Assembly (NCBI GenBank): GCA_016198755.1
Contig: JACQIB010000001.1
Coordinates: 32,001-96,000 of the forward strand
Length of the DNA stretch: 64,000 bases
Origin: Candidatus Aenigmatarchaeota archaeon
GTDB lineage: Archaea > Aenigmatarchaeota > Aenigmatarchaeia > Aenigmatarchaeales > JACQIB01
Direction of reading: 5' to 3'
The position numbers and the translations under genes were made by a program. Positions 28,026 to 37,305 of the stretch are shown one piece after another (the stretch's first letter is position 1; the number at the start of each line of letters is the position of its first letter). Under the pieces are notes generated by a model, which ran no database searches, was not told where the DNA came from, and was given only the letters and a program-made list of their open reading frames with translations.

Positions 28026-28900
28026 TGGCAATTCTTGTAAATAGTGAAACAAAGGTTTGCGTGCAAGGTATAACAGGGAAAGCAGGAACCCTGCACACTG
28101 GCACAATGCTGGAATATGGAACAAAAATAGTTTCAGGTGTTAGGCCAGGAGCTGAAGGGGAGGAGGTTTTGGGAATACCTGTTTTTAACAGGGTCTCCAC
28201 TGCTGTGGAGGAAACCGGAGCAAACAGTTCCATAATTTTTGTGCCTGCAGCAATGGCTAAAGGTGCTGCACTAGAGGCAATAAATGCCGGAATAAAGCTT
28301 ATTGTAATAATACCTGAGCATGTCCCTTTGCATGATGAGCTTGAGATAATGCAGGCAGCTGAGGACTCGGGAATTGTTGTGGTTGGTCCAAACACTCCAG
28401 GGTTAATAGCCCCCTCACTTAAATGTAAAATTGGCTTTGTACCAAACAAATATTATATACCAGGTTCTGTTGGAGTAATGGCACGCTCAGGAACTTTAAC
28501 TTATGAGATTGTCTCCCGCCTTACTTTGGCTGGAATTGGGCAGAGCACTGCAATTGGAGTAGGTGGTGACCCTGTTATTGGGAGCAGGTTCCCTGACCTG
28601 ATTAAAAAATTTGAGGCAGATCCTGAAACAAAGGTTATTTTGCTTATAGGAGAAGTTGGTGGAACCCAAGAAGAGGAGGCTGCAGCTCTTGTTGCTGATG
28701 GAAAAATAAAAAAGCCTGTTGTAGCCTATATTGCAGGCTTCTCAGCTCCCCCAGGGAAAAGGCTTGGGCATGCAGGTGCGATAATTTCAGGCTCACAGGG
28801 GACCATGGAGTCCAAACTTAAATCCTTTCAAAAAGCAGGAATAGCTGTTGCCAAAACCCCTTCAGAAGTTTTGGATCTTGTGAAACAAAAATTGAGATGA
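28025..28900 (+). CDS. Succinyl-CoA-synthetase-like acyl-CoA ligase, alpha subunit
   Basis: QGITG, GPNTPG, RSGTLTYE, GVGGDP, GEVGG, GHAGA phospho-His. Confidence 0.92.
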   Translation: MAILVNSETKVCVQGITGKAGTLHTGTMLEYGTKIVSGVRPGAEGEEVLGIPVFNRVSTAVEETGANSSIIFVPAAMAKGAALEAINAGIKLIVIIPEHVPLHDELEIMQAAEDSGIVVVGPNTPGLIAPSLKCKIGFVPNKYYIPGSVGVMARSGTLTYEIVSRLTLAGIGQSTAIGVGGDPVIGSRFPDLIKKFEADPETKVILLIGEVGGTQEEEAAALVADGKIKKPVVAYIAGFSAPPGKRLGHAGAIISGSQGTMESKLKSFQKAGIAVAKTPSEVLDLVKQKLR

Positions 28901-28904
28901 TAAA

Positions 28905-30371
28905 ATGGTAGCAGGTATTGAAGATAGAAGAATATTGGAAGACGCGAGAAATGATGTTAGTGGTATAGTAACTAGTATTGCATCCCAATTGCAACATGGT
29001 ATGCATCTTTACAAGGCACCAGAGACTGTTAGAACTTTATACGGGCTTCCACAGACAGATGAAGCCAGTGAGAAAAAGTGCAGAGCCTATGCTGCTGCAG
29101 CTATCAGGAGATTTTTTGCAGAAAAGTATGGAGTGGATACGGTAGCTTTGGCAAGCACTGCCATAGTCCCGCCTCTGGTTAAAAAATCTAAAAAACTTGA
29201 AAATGGAACAACCGTAGATTTATGGGAGTCAAAAATGCCAAATTATATGGGAGGAGGAGTTGGAGGAAGACCTGTATCTGTTGTCGGGCCTGCAACATTA
29301 GAAATAGAAGTTTACGATAATATAAATGGAAAAGGAGAACCAATAAAAGAGAATGTCGTTTACATTCCGCTTGCACCAACAAGATTTGGTGTTGCTGAAG
29401 GTGTTAGCGCAGGATTAAAATATATTGCAGATTCTGGAAAACCAATAAAATTGAAAGTTGAAAGTATAAGCAGGGTAACGAGGTCCCCTGTATTTAAGTT
29501 TCCTACAGAAGCAAGTGCGGAAAGTGCTGCAAACAGTATTGGTGCGGGTGTTAGAAGTCATTTGGAAACAGAAGATAACGGAAACCTATTTGGAGAAATA
29601 AAGGGACTGGCAGACAAACTAATGAAAGGACATAACGGTTCTCTCGAAGGTCTGCACGCTGTTACTCTGGGTCCATACTTATGGGCAAATTTTGTCTATG
29701 AAATGAGCGGGGATAATTATGGGCACGAAGCTGTAACAGCCGTTACCAGAGAAGTGGTAAGAGAGGTGCTTCTAAAAAAATTGCCTCATGCAGAATTAAA
29801 AATGCTTGCAGGAGGGTTGGATGGTGACTTAAGACCTGCAACCAATCGATATGGTCGTATGGGAAACATCAGGGGAAGATGGGTTACTGCTTCAGCAGAG
29901 ATTACACCAGAAACCCTTAAAAAGAGGTTTGGAAATATAAGTCCGGAAGGATTAGCAGAGTTAAATAACTTAAAGCAGAAGGGAAACGAGATTCTAGGTA
30001 CGCATACTTTAGCTGGCATGGGGCCAGAGATTGTTGAAGGAGTGTTTTATGCGCTTGAGCCCCCAACCTCCCCATTCCTCTCCTCTACAATTAGTATGGA
30101 AACAAATGTTAAAGGTGATAGTTTAATACTAAATGCTATATTCCATAATATGGAAGTGGGCACAGTGCGGGAGGGTCCACTTTCAGATATAGCAAGCGAA
30201 TGCAGGGCTATTACAGGGAACATAGATGGGGCAGGAAACCCGATAGGCAGGAATGCGGTAAGAATGGCTGCGCGCATTGCTGCAGCAACTTTAGCTGGGG
30301 AGCTAAACCAATATGCACAAATGGCAACAGGAAGATTAGGAATGGAAGCCTATAGGAATGGAAAGCCATAG
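28905..30371 (+). CDS. Divergent class I HMG-CoA reductase paralogue, catalytic residues replaced
   Basis: Collinear with the neighbouring HMGR: PVSVVGP, YIPLA, TRSPVF, RGRWVTA, EVGTV, AAATLAGELN. Confidence 0.75.
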   Translation: MVAGIEDRRILEDARNDVSGIVTSIASQLQHGMHLYKAPETVRTLYGLPQTDEASEKKCRAYAAAAIRRFFAEKYGVDTVALASTAIVPPLVKKSKKLENGTTVDLWESKMPNYMGGGVGGRPVSVVGPATLEIEVYDNINGKGEPIKENVVYIPLAPTRFGVAEGVSAGLKYIADSGKPIKLKVESISRVTRSPVFKFPTEASAESAANSIGAGVRSHLETEDNGNLFGEIKGLADKLMKGHNGSLEGLHAVTLGPYLWANFVYEMSGDNYGHEAVTAVTREVVREVLLKKLPHAELKMLAGGLDGDLRPATNRYGRMGNIRGRWVTASAEITPETLKKRFGNISPEGLAELNNLKQKGNEILGTHTLAGMGPEIVEGVFYALEPPTSPFLSSTISMETNVKGDSLILNAIFHNMEVGTVREGPLSDIASECRAITGNIDGAGNPIGRNAVRMAARIAAATLAGELNQYAQMATGRLGMEAYRNGKP

Positions 30372-30374
30372 AGA

Positions 30375-31637
30375 GTGAAAAGAATGGAACAAGAGCAGAT
30401 TAATGATTTGGTGGAGAAGCTGGAAAGCGGGGCCGTAAAGCTGCATGAGGTTGAAAACTTTACAGCAAATGATAGCAATGCAGCCACAATTGTACGCAGG
30501 GTTTATCTGGAAAAAAAACTTGGCTTCCCATTAAAGCACATTGGCTCAACTATAGTGGACTTTAATGATTCCATAAGCAGGAATATCGAGAATCCAATAG
30601 GAGCGGTGCAAATCCCGCTGGGGTATGCTGGAGATATGAAAATAAACGGAGACCATGTTTCTGGAACAGTCCCAATTTTAATGGCAACAACAGAAGGCAG
30701 GCTTGTTGCCGGTGTTGCAAGGGGAATAACTGTTGCCAATAGGGCTGGAGGTGTAAATGTTTCTGTTCTAAAAGATGGCATGACAAGGGATGTGCTTGTA
30801 AGGACAGGCGGTGCAAAAGAAAGCGCAACCCTTGCAAAATGGATAATGACAGAGGAAGGGTTTAACTTGCTGAAAGAGGGATTTTCAAAAACCACAAAGC
30901 ACGGTAAGCTGAAAGAAGTCAGGCCATATGTTATTGGAAGGGACACACATTTGAGGTTCAAGGCTGAAACGGGCGCTGCAATGGGCATGAATATGCTTAC
31001 AATAGCTGGGAAAGCCGCTGTGGATTATATTTTGCCTAAACTAAAGGAAAAAGGTATAAATGCTTTTGTTGTTTCAGAATCAGGCAATTTATGCTCAGAT
31101 AAAAAACCGGCTTTCATTAATGTTATTGAAGGGCGCGGAGTAACTCTAACAGCAGACATTGTTGTTCCACCTGAAGTTTTGAAGGAGAGGTTCAGGGTTT
31201 CAGCAGCTGCAATAGCAGATCTCTGCAAATCAAAAAACCTTATAGGATCAGCCCTTGCAGGTTCACATGGCTTTAACGCTCATTTTGCAAATATTTTGGC
31301 TTCCATGTTCATGGCGTTCGGGCAGGATGTTGCTCAGATTGTAGAAGGGTCACAGGGGGTAACTGATGCGGCTGTTCTTGAAGATGGCTCTCTCTATTTC
31401 TCTTGCTATCTGCCTGCGATAGAAGTTGGAACCTATGGAGGAGGAACTAAAAGGGAGACGCAAAAAGAGGCTTTGAAGATAATGGGACTCTATGGGGAGA
31501 ATGATCCTGAAGGTATAACAAGACTGAAACTGGCAGAAATTATTGGAGCAGCCTGCCTTATTGGAGATTTGAATCTGTTAGCAATTCAGGCTGCAGGAGA
31601 ACTTTCTAAAACCCATGGCTCAATCAAGAGGGGGTAA
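30375..31637 (+). CDS. hmgA: HMG-CoA reductase (NADPH), class I
   Basis: ENPIG, MATTEG, AMGMN, SGNLCSDKKP, GQD, VGTYGGGT, C-terminal His. Confidence 0.95.
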   Translation: MKRMEQEQINDLVEKLESGAVKLHEVENFTANDSNAATIVRRVYLEKKLGFPLKHIGSTIVDFNDSISRNIENPIGAVQIPLGYAGDMKINGDHVSGTVPILMATTEGRLVAGVARGITVANRAGGVNVSVLKDGMTRDVLVRTGGAKESATLAKWIMTEEGFNLLKEGFSKTTKHGKLKEVRPYVIGRDTHLRFKAETGAAMGMNMLTIAGKAAVDYILPKLKEKGINAFVVSESGNLCSDKKPAFINVIEGRGVTLTADIVVPPEVLKERFRVSAAAIADLCKSKNLIGSALAGSHGFNAHFANILASMFMAFGQDVAQIVEGSQGVTDAAVLEDGSLYFSCYLPAIEVGTYGGGTKRETQKEALKIMGLYGENDPEGITRLKLAEIIGAACLIGDLNLLAIQAAGELSKTHGSIKRG

Positions 31638-31761
31638 GTACCTTTTCATATTATCTACCTTAAAACAAAATGTTCTGGTTCTTTTAAAAACCATTTTCTA
31701 ACGTCACCTGCCTTTTTGCCATCAGAAAGCTATATAAGTTTAGCAATACCTCAAAAGGCTT

Positions 31762-32775
31762 ATGATAACAGCTTCAGCCCCAGGTAAAATACTGCTTTTT
31801 GGGGAGCATGCAGTTGTATATGATAAGCTTGGAATAGCTGCTGCAATAGACAAAAGAATAGGGGTTTCAGCCTACAAAGGAGGCACAGCTGTAGAACTCC
31901 AGCAGCCTTTTCATTTTCCAACACTTAGAAAAACACAGGATGAAATAGAGGAACTACACGCACAGTTCAGGCTTTTGTTTGAACAAAAGCAGTTTGATAA
32001 AATAAAAGAATTAGGTTTCCATAATGCAATATATGTTATGCTCGGGGAAATATTTTCCAAACATGGCTATTCAAACATTATAGCCCGCGCCCATTTATCA
32101 CATACGTTAAAGGGAATAGGCGCATCAGCAAGTTTGTTTTCTGCACTCTCAGCTGCAACATTAAAAGTCCTTGGTGTTGAAGCAACTCTAAAAGAGATAT
32201 CAGACTTTTCCTATATTGGGGATGTTGTAGCCCATGGAGGCACACCGTCCGGTATAGATAACAGCATTGCAACTTTTGGCGGGTTTTTATCCTTTAGGAA
32301 ATCAGAAGGTCCAAAACCCTTAAAACTTGACTTAAACGCAAAGATAATTGTAGTAGATACAGGTGAAAAGTCTTCTACAGCTGAGCTTGTTTCCAATGTG
32401 CGCAATTTGCGCGAAAAGGAACCTGAAAGAGTAAATAAAATAATGGACGAAATAGATTCTATTTCTAATGAGGCTTTGGTAAAAATAAAGAACAGGGATA
32501 TTGTAGCTCTCGGAAACCTAATGGACAGAAATCACACATTGTTAAAATCCTTAGGTTGCGGCCTTTCCACCGAAAGAATAGAAAAAATAGTGTCTATTGC
32601 AAAGGAAAACGGAGCTTATGGCGCAAAACTGTCTGGAGCAGGTGGTGGAGGGATATGCATTGCTTTGACAGACAATCCAAAAAAGATATTAGACTCACTG
32701 AAAAATGCAGGTTTTTACTGTTTTGAAACAAATCTTGGAGCCCATGGGGTTTCAATAGATGAAACAGGTTTTTGA
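31762..32775 (+). CDS. mvk: Mevalonate kinase
   Basis: APGKILLFGEHAVVY, HGGTPSGID, KLSGAGGGG. Confidence 0.85.
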   Translation: MITASAPGKILLFGEHAVVYDKLGIAAAIDKRIGVSAYKGGTAVELQQPFHFPTLRKTQDEIEELHAQFRLLFEQKQFDKIKELGFHNAIYVMLGEIFSKHGYSNIIARAHLSHTLKGIGASASLFSALSAATLKVLGVEATLKEISDFSYIGDVVAHGGTPSGIDNSIATFGGFLSFRKSEGPKPLKLDLNAKIIVVDTGEKSSTAELVSNVRNLREKEPERVNKIMDEIDSISNEALVKIKNRDIVALGNLMDRNHTLLKSLGCGLSTERIEKIVSIAKENGAYGAKLSGAGGGGICIALTDNPKKILDSLKNAGFYCFETNLGAHGVSIDETGF

Positions 32776-32861
32776 CACATTTTTCAATAAACCATACTTC
32801 GCTTTTTGCCGTATTATTAAAAACTCTTTATAAATTAGCCACATGCTGAATTTACTACGTT

Positions 32862-33821
32862 ATGGTCAAGGTATCAGCCCCAGGAAAGCTCTTGCTCTGC
32901 GGGGATCATGCAGTTGTACATGGAAATCCATGTATTGTAACAGCAGTGGATCACAGAGCTTTTGTTACTGCTAAAAGCACTGGCGGGAACGCTGTTGTTG
33001 TAAAAGCCCCTGATGTTGGCATAACAGAATTCTCATATCCACTACCTTTCAATGGTCTTTCAGTTCCAAAAGGTGCAGCTTTTGTAATACAGGCAGTGAA
33101 AAACTTCTATGGCAAATATGGACTTAGCGATGGACTTGTTATAGAGACAGCTTCTGAGTTTCCATCTTCATTTGGGCTTGGAAGTTCTTCTGCTGTAACA
33201 GTAGCTACCGTAAAAGCACTATCAGATATTTTCTCAATAAAAATGGAACCACGCGAGATTTTTGATCTTTCATATAAAACTGTTTTGGATGTGCAGGGTG
33301 TGGGATCTGGATTTGATGTTGCATCAGCAGCCTATGGAGGAACACTGTTTTATTTTACAGGAGGAAAAATAATCGAACCTCTCACTGTTAAAAAAATTCC
33401 CTTGATTGTAGGCTATACAGGACAGAAAGCTGATACAGCTACAATAGTAAGGAAGGTGGATGAGAAATTAAAAGCCTATCCTGATCATGTTCTTTCAAAT
33501 TTCAATCTTATAGGAAAAATAGTGCTGGATGCAAAAGATACAATAGAGAGAAAAGACTGGAAGAAACTGGGGGATATTTTCAATTTCGACCACGGTCTGC
33601 TTTCAGGTTTAGGAGTTTCCTGCGCAGAGCTTGAAAAGCTTGTATTTGCTGCGCGCAACGCAGGTGCTTACGGTGCAAAACTATCGGGAGCAGGCGGGGG
33701 GGATTGTATGATAGCTGTTTCAGAAGACACAGAGAGCATTGTAACAGCAATAGACAGCGCAGGCGGGAAAGTTATTCCAGTCAGGACAGGCGTTGAAGGA
33801 GTAAGGATAGAGACTGAATAA
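32862..33821 (+). CDS. GHMP kinase, (phospho)mevalonate kinase-like
   Basis: APGKLLLCGDHAVV, FGLGSSSA, QGVGSGFDVA, KLSGAGGGDC. Confidence 0.8.
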   Translation: MVKVSAPGKLLLCGDHAVVHGNPCIVTAVDHRAFVTAKSTGGNAVVVKAPDVGITEFSYPLPFNGLSVPKGAAFVIQAVKNFYGKYGLSDGLVIETASEFPSSFGLGSSSAVTVATVKALSDIFSIKMEPREIFDLSYKTVLDVQGVGSGFDVASAAYGGTLFYFTGGKIIEPLTVKKIPLIVGYTGQKADTATIVRKVDEKLKAYPDHVLSNFNLIGKIVLDAKDTIERKDWKKLGDIFNFDHGLLSGLGVSCAELEKLVFAARNAGAYGAKLSGAGGGDCMIAVSEDTESIVTAIDSAGGKVIPVRTGVEGVRIETE

Positions 33822-33971
33822 AAAGGAGCGCTTAAATTCACTAAAAGCAAACAACCTTTCTATGAAAACAATAGGGTAGATAAGCATGGAAAAATCCTTT
33901 CTTCTGCACTGTTGGAGATGAAATATAGGCAGGAACATGGGTTTAAATAGATTTTTCTTCCTTTAGCTGTT

Positions 33972-35198
33972 ATGAAAGAAACCGTTGTCTCGGCTCCCGG
34001 AAAATTCTTATTGACAGGAGAATATCTAGTAGCATTAGAGTCAGATAGGCCCGCATATTCTGCTGCCATTAACAGAAGAGTATTTTCTTGGATAGGGGAG
34101 CTGGAAGGGAGATCTGTAACAATAAACATGCCCCAGTTTGGAATTGTAGGGAAAATGGATATAGGCGATGGTGGTAAAACAGAAGTATATCCAACAAGCA
34201 AACGGAGGCAGTTCAGATATATTGAGAATGCGGTGGAATTTACGCTCAGATATTTGAAAGAGGCAGGCGTTTCATTAGAGGGAATGCATATAATTACCTT
34301 AAATGAAAGGGATTTTTTCAGAGATTGGGGAATTTCTAAATCAAGGTTTGGAAGCTCTGCTGCAGCTACTGTGGCTACAGTTGGTGCAATATTTTCCTAT
34401 TATCATAGGGATATTTCAAACCCAGAGGAGAGGGAGCGTATATTTAACCTGTCGCAGATGGCTCACCATCATTCACAGGGCGGGTTTGGCAGCGGGTTTG
34501 ATGTGTCAACGTCTCTCAATGGATCTCAAGTTTACACAAGATTCCCAGAAGATAATATACCACCCAAAGCCACTTTAACTAACAAAGTTATTCTTAATCG
34601 TACTGATTCTAAATGGACATATTCGATGCGTTCGCTCGGGCTTCCCGAAGGCGTAGAAACAGCCATAGCAGTGACCAGAGGTTTAGACAATCCCATTGAA
34701 ATGCTGTCTAGAGTGAGGCATATGAAAAGTTCCAGACAAGACATTTACGGTGATGTAATGAACAAACTCGATGTGGCAAACAGGGATTTTGTGAGTCTTC
34801 TTGAAAGAGGCGTCAGAGGAGAAGAAATAGGGCAGGCTCTAACAAGAACCAGATTGCTTACCAGAGAGCTTGGAGAAAAGTCTGGTGTTGTTATAGAGCC
34901 TCCCCACATCAGGGCAGCATTAGACAATGTTGTTTCCATGGGAGGTGCATGGGGGGCAAAACTCCAAGGAGCTGGTGGAGGATACTCTGCAATTGCACTA
35001 TGTTCAATGGAACATTTTTATCACAGTTGTGGAATAATGTCTACGGCAGGCTTTACTCCTCTCTCTGACATGAGAGTAGATAATTCAACTGAAAAACCTA
35101 TTGGAATGAGATTAGAAGACCCCCAGACATTTCATGATCTGGCAAACAGTCTGGGGTTAGCACTTTTTGAACCCGATCATGGATATCATGAAAATTGA
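33972..35198 (+). CDS. Phosphomevalonate kinase-like (ERG8 type), divergent
   Basis: SAPGKFLLTGEYLV, KSRFGSSAA, AHHHSQGGFGSGFDV, YTRF, GAGGG. Confidence 0.75.
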   Translation: MKETVVSAPGKFLLTGEYLVALESDRPAYSAAINRRVFSWIGELEGRSVTINMPQFGIVGKMDIGDGGKTEVYPTSKRRQFRYIENAVEFTLRYLKEAGVSLEGMHIITLNERDFFRDWGISKSRFGSSAAATVATVGAIFSYYHRDISNPEERERIFNLSQMAHHHSQGGFGSGFDVSTSLNGSQVYTRFPEDNIPPKATLTNKVILNRTDSKWTYSMRSLGLPEGVETAIAVTRGLDNPIEMLSRVRHMKSSRQDIYGDVMNKLDVANRDFVSLLERGVRGEEIGQALTRTRLLTRELGEKSGVVIEPPHIRAALDNVVSMGGAWGAKLQGAGGGYSAIALCSMEHFYHSCGIMSTAGFTPLSDMRVDNSTEKPIGMRLEDPQTFHDLANSLGLALFEPDHGYHEN

Positions 35199-35267
35199 TT
35201 TTCAACTGTCGTACAATATACGACAGCTCTAACAACGCTTAAATAGACTTTTCCTTAAACAAAGCCC

Positions 35268-36323
35268 ATGCCAGAGTCTTCCAGAGACTTTACACCCAGC
35301 AGAAAATCAGAGCACATAAGAATAACAACTCAGGAGAATGTGGAAACTGGGAGCACGGGATTTGAGGACGTTTCTTTATTACATAAAGCTGTTCCGGAGC
35401 TGAATTTTGAGAAAGTTTCAACTGAAACAGAGTTTTTCGGAAAGAAATTCTCTCTCCCTCTAATGATAGCAGGAATGACTGGAGGGGCAGTAGAAACAAA
35501 GGAAATTAATTTAGGTTTGGCAAAGGCAGCTGAAGAGGCTGGGATAGGGATGGGGGTTGGTTCACAGAAAGCAATGATTGAACATGAAGAATTAACAGAA
35601 ACCTATTCTGTGCGTTCTATTGCACCTACAATTTTTCTGTGCGGAAATATCGGTTTACCAAAATTAAAAATATACTCTGTGCAGCAGATTGAAAAAATGC
35701 TGCTCTCTATTAAGGCAGATGCTCTCTGTGTCCATTTAAACCCTGCACAAGAACTGTTTCAAAAAGACTCTGAGATAGAGCCAGACTGGACAGGCTGCTT
35801 CTCTGCCTTAAAAACTATTTGCTCTGAGCTAAACTATCCTGTTATAGCAAAGGAAGTTGGAAATGGTATCTCGAAAGAAACAGCTGTCCAGCTAAAAGAA
35901 GCGGGGGTTAAAGCAATCGATGTTGGCGGAGCTGGTGGAACAAGCTGGGTTGTTATAGATGGTATGAGATCTGGAAAGGATACAACAGATTTTAAAAATT
36001 GGGGAATTCCAACTGCAATCTCAATTCTCGAGGCAAGGAAAGCTGGATTACCAATAATTGCAACAGGCGGGCTTCGCTCTGGGCTGGATATTGCAAAAGC
36101 CCTTGTTCTTGGAGCTGATTTGGCTGGAATAGCCCTGCCTTTCCTAAAAGAGTTCAAACGTGGCGGTGTTCCAGCTGTTGAAGCCTATATAGAAAAGCTG
36201 GAAAGAGAGCTGCGCACAGCAATGTTTCTCTCTGGCTGTAAATCAATCTCCGAGCTGAAAAAACTCAAACCAATTATAACAGGCAAAACAAAAGAATGGG
36301 CAGAACAGCGCGGCTTATTTTAG
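35268..36323 (+). CDS. fni: Type 2 isopentenyl-diphosphate isomerase (FMN)
   Basis: RKSEHI, GMTGG, GVGSQ, HLNPAQE, KEVGNG, GAGGTSW, WGIPT. Confidence 0.95.
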   Translation: MPESSRDFTPSRKSEHIRITTQENVETGSTGFEDVSLLHKAVPELNFEKVSTETEFFGKKFSLPLMIAGMTGGAVETKEINLGLAKAAEEAGIGMGVGSQKAMIEHEELTETYSVRSIAPTIFLCGNIGLPKLKIYSVQQIEKMLLSIKADALCVHLNPAQELFQKDSEIEPDWTGCFSALKTICSELNYPVIAKEVGNGISKETAVQLKEAGVKAIDVGGAGGTSWVVIDGMRSGKDTTDFKNWGIPTAISILEARKAGLPIIATGGLRSGLDIAKALVLGADLAGIALPFLKEFKRGGVPAVEAYIEKLERELRTAMFLSGCKSISELKKLKPIITGKTKEWAEQRGLF

Positions 36324-36368
36324 GCAGGTTCATATCACTTTTTAAGTGTAGATTTGTTAACAAAACAT

Positions 36369-37298
36369 ATGGCAAAAATAACGATATTGGGCGCAGGTGC
36401 TATGTCATCTGCCATTTCCATTCCGCTTATAAAAAACAGGAATAAAGTTAATATCTGGGGAACAGAATTCGATAAAGCAATTATAGACAAGCTAAAGTCA
36501 GATCAGCCACACCCCACGTTAAATATGATAATAGATGCAAATTTCTTTTATTCTGATCAGCTCGCGGAAGCCATAGAAGACTCGGAAATTGTGATATTTG
36601 GTGTGGTTTCCTCCGGCGTTAGAAAGATTGCACAAATGGCAAAGAAGTTTTTGAAAAAGCAAATAATAGTAAATGTCGCAAAAGGGTTTGATAACGGCCA
36701 AACAATGGTAGAGGTTTTGGAGCAGGAACTTCCCGATTTACCAAAGGTTGTGGTTGCAGGTCCATCTAACGCAAAAGACGTTTCCCAATCCCAGAATACA
36801 ACAGTTGTTTTTGCATCTTCTGATGTACATGCGGCAGATATATGCAAAAAGGCGTTCCAAACAGAAAACTACAGCATAGAAATTTCCGACGATTCAAACG
36901 GTGCTGAGATATGTTCCTCCCTCAAAAACGTATACGGTATACTTATCCACTCCGCAAAGACAGATAACGAGCGGTCAGTGCTTTTTGTAAAATCCCTTGA
37001 GGAGATTGGCATATTTGCAGAAGCATGCGGAGGCAAGTTAAAAACAGTTTATGGCTTGGCAGGAGCCGGAGACCTTTACCTAACACAATGGGGAAGGAAT
37101 GGCATGCTTGGCAAAATGATAGCAGATGGAAAGAAACCCTCTGCAGCATTGGAAGAACTAAAGGCAAAAAACATTACTGTAGAAGGATATGCTGCAACAA
37201 AGGCTGCAGTTGAGCTTGCAAAATCAAAAAACCTAAACCTGCCTTTGTTGGAATCTGCATATAATCTTCTCTACAGGGACCAGCCCTTCAAAATATAA
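36369..37298 (+). CDS. gpsA: NAD(P)H-dependent glycerol-3-phosphate dehydrogenase (GpsA type)
   Basis: ILGAGAM, AKG, GPSNA, LKNVY, GLAGAGDL.LT..GRN, VEG. Confidence 0.88.
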   Translation: MAKITILGAGAMSSAISIPLIKNRNKVNIWGTEFDKAIIDKLKSDQPHPTLNMIIDANFFYSDQLAEAIEDSEIVIFGVVSSGVRKIAQMAKKFLKKQIIVNVAKGFDNGQTMVEVLEQELPDLPKVVVAGPSNAKDVSQSQNTTVVFASSDVHAADICKKAFQTENYSIEISDDSNGAEICSSLKNVYGILIHSAKTDNERSVLFVKSLEEIGIFAEACGGKLKTVYGLAGAGDLYLTQWGRNGMLGKMIADGKKPSAALEELKAKNITVEGYAATKAAVELAKSKNLNLPLLESAYNLLYRDQPFKI

Positions 37299-37305
37299 AT
37301 ACTGT

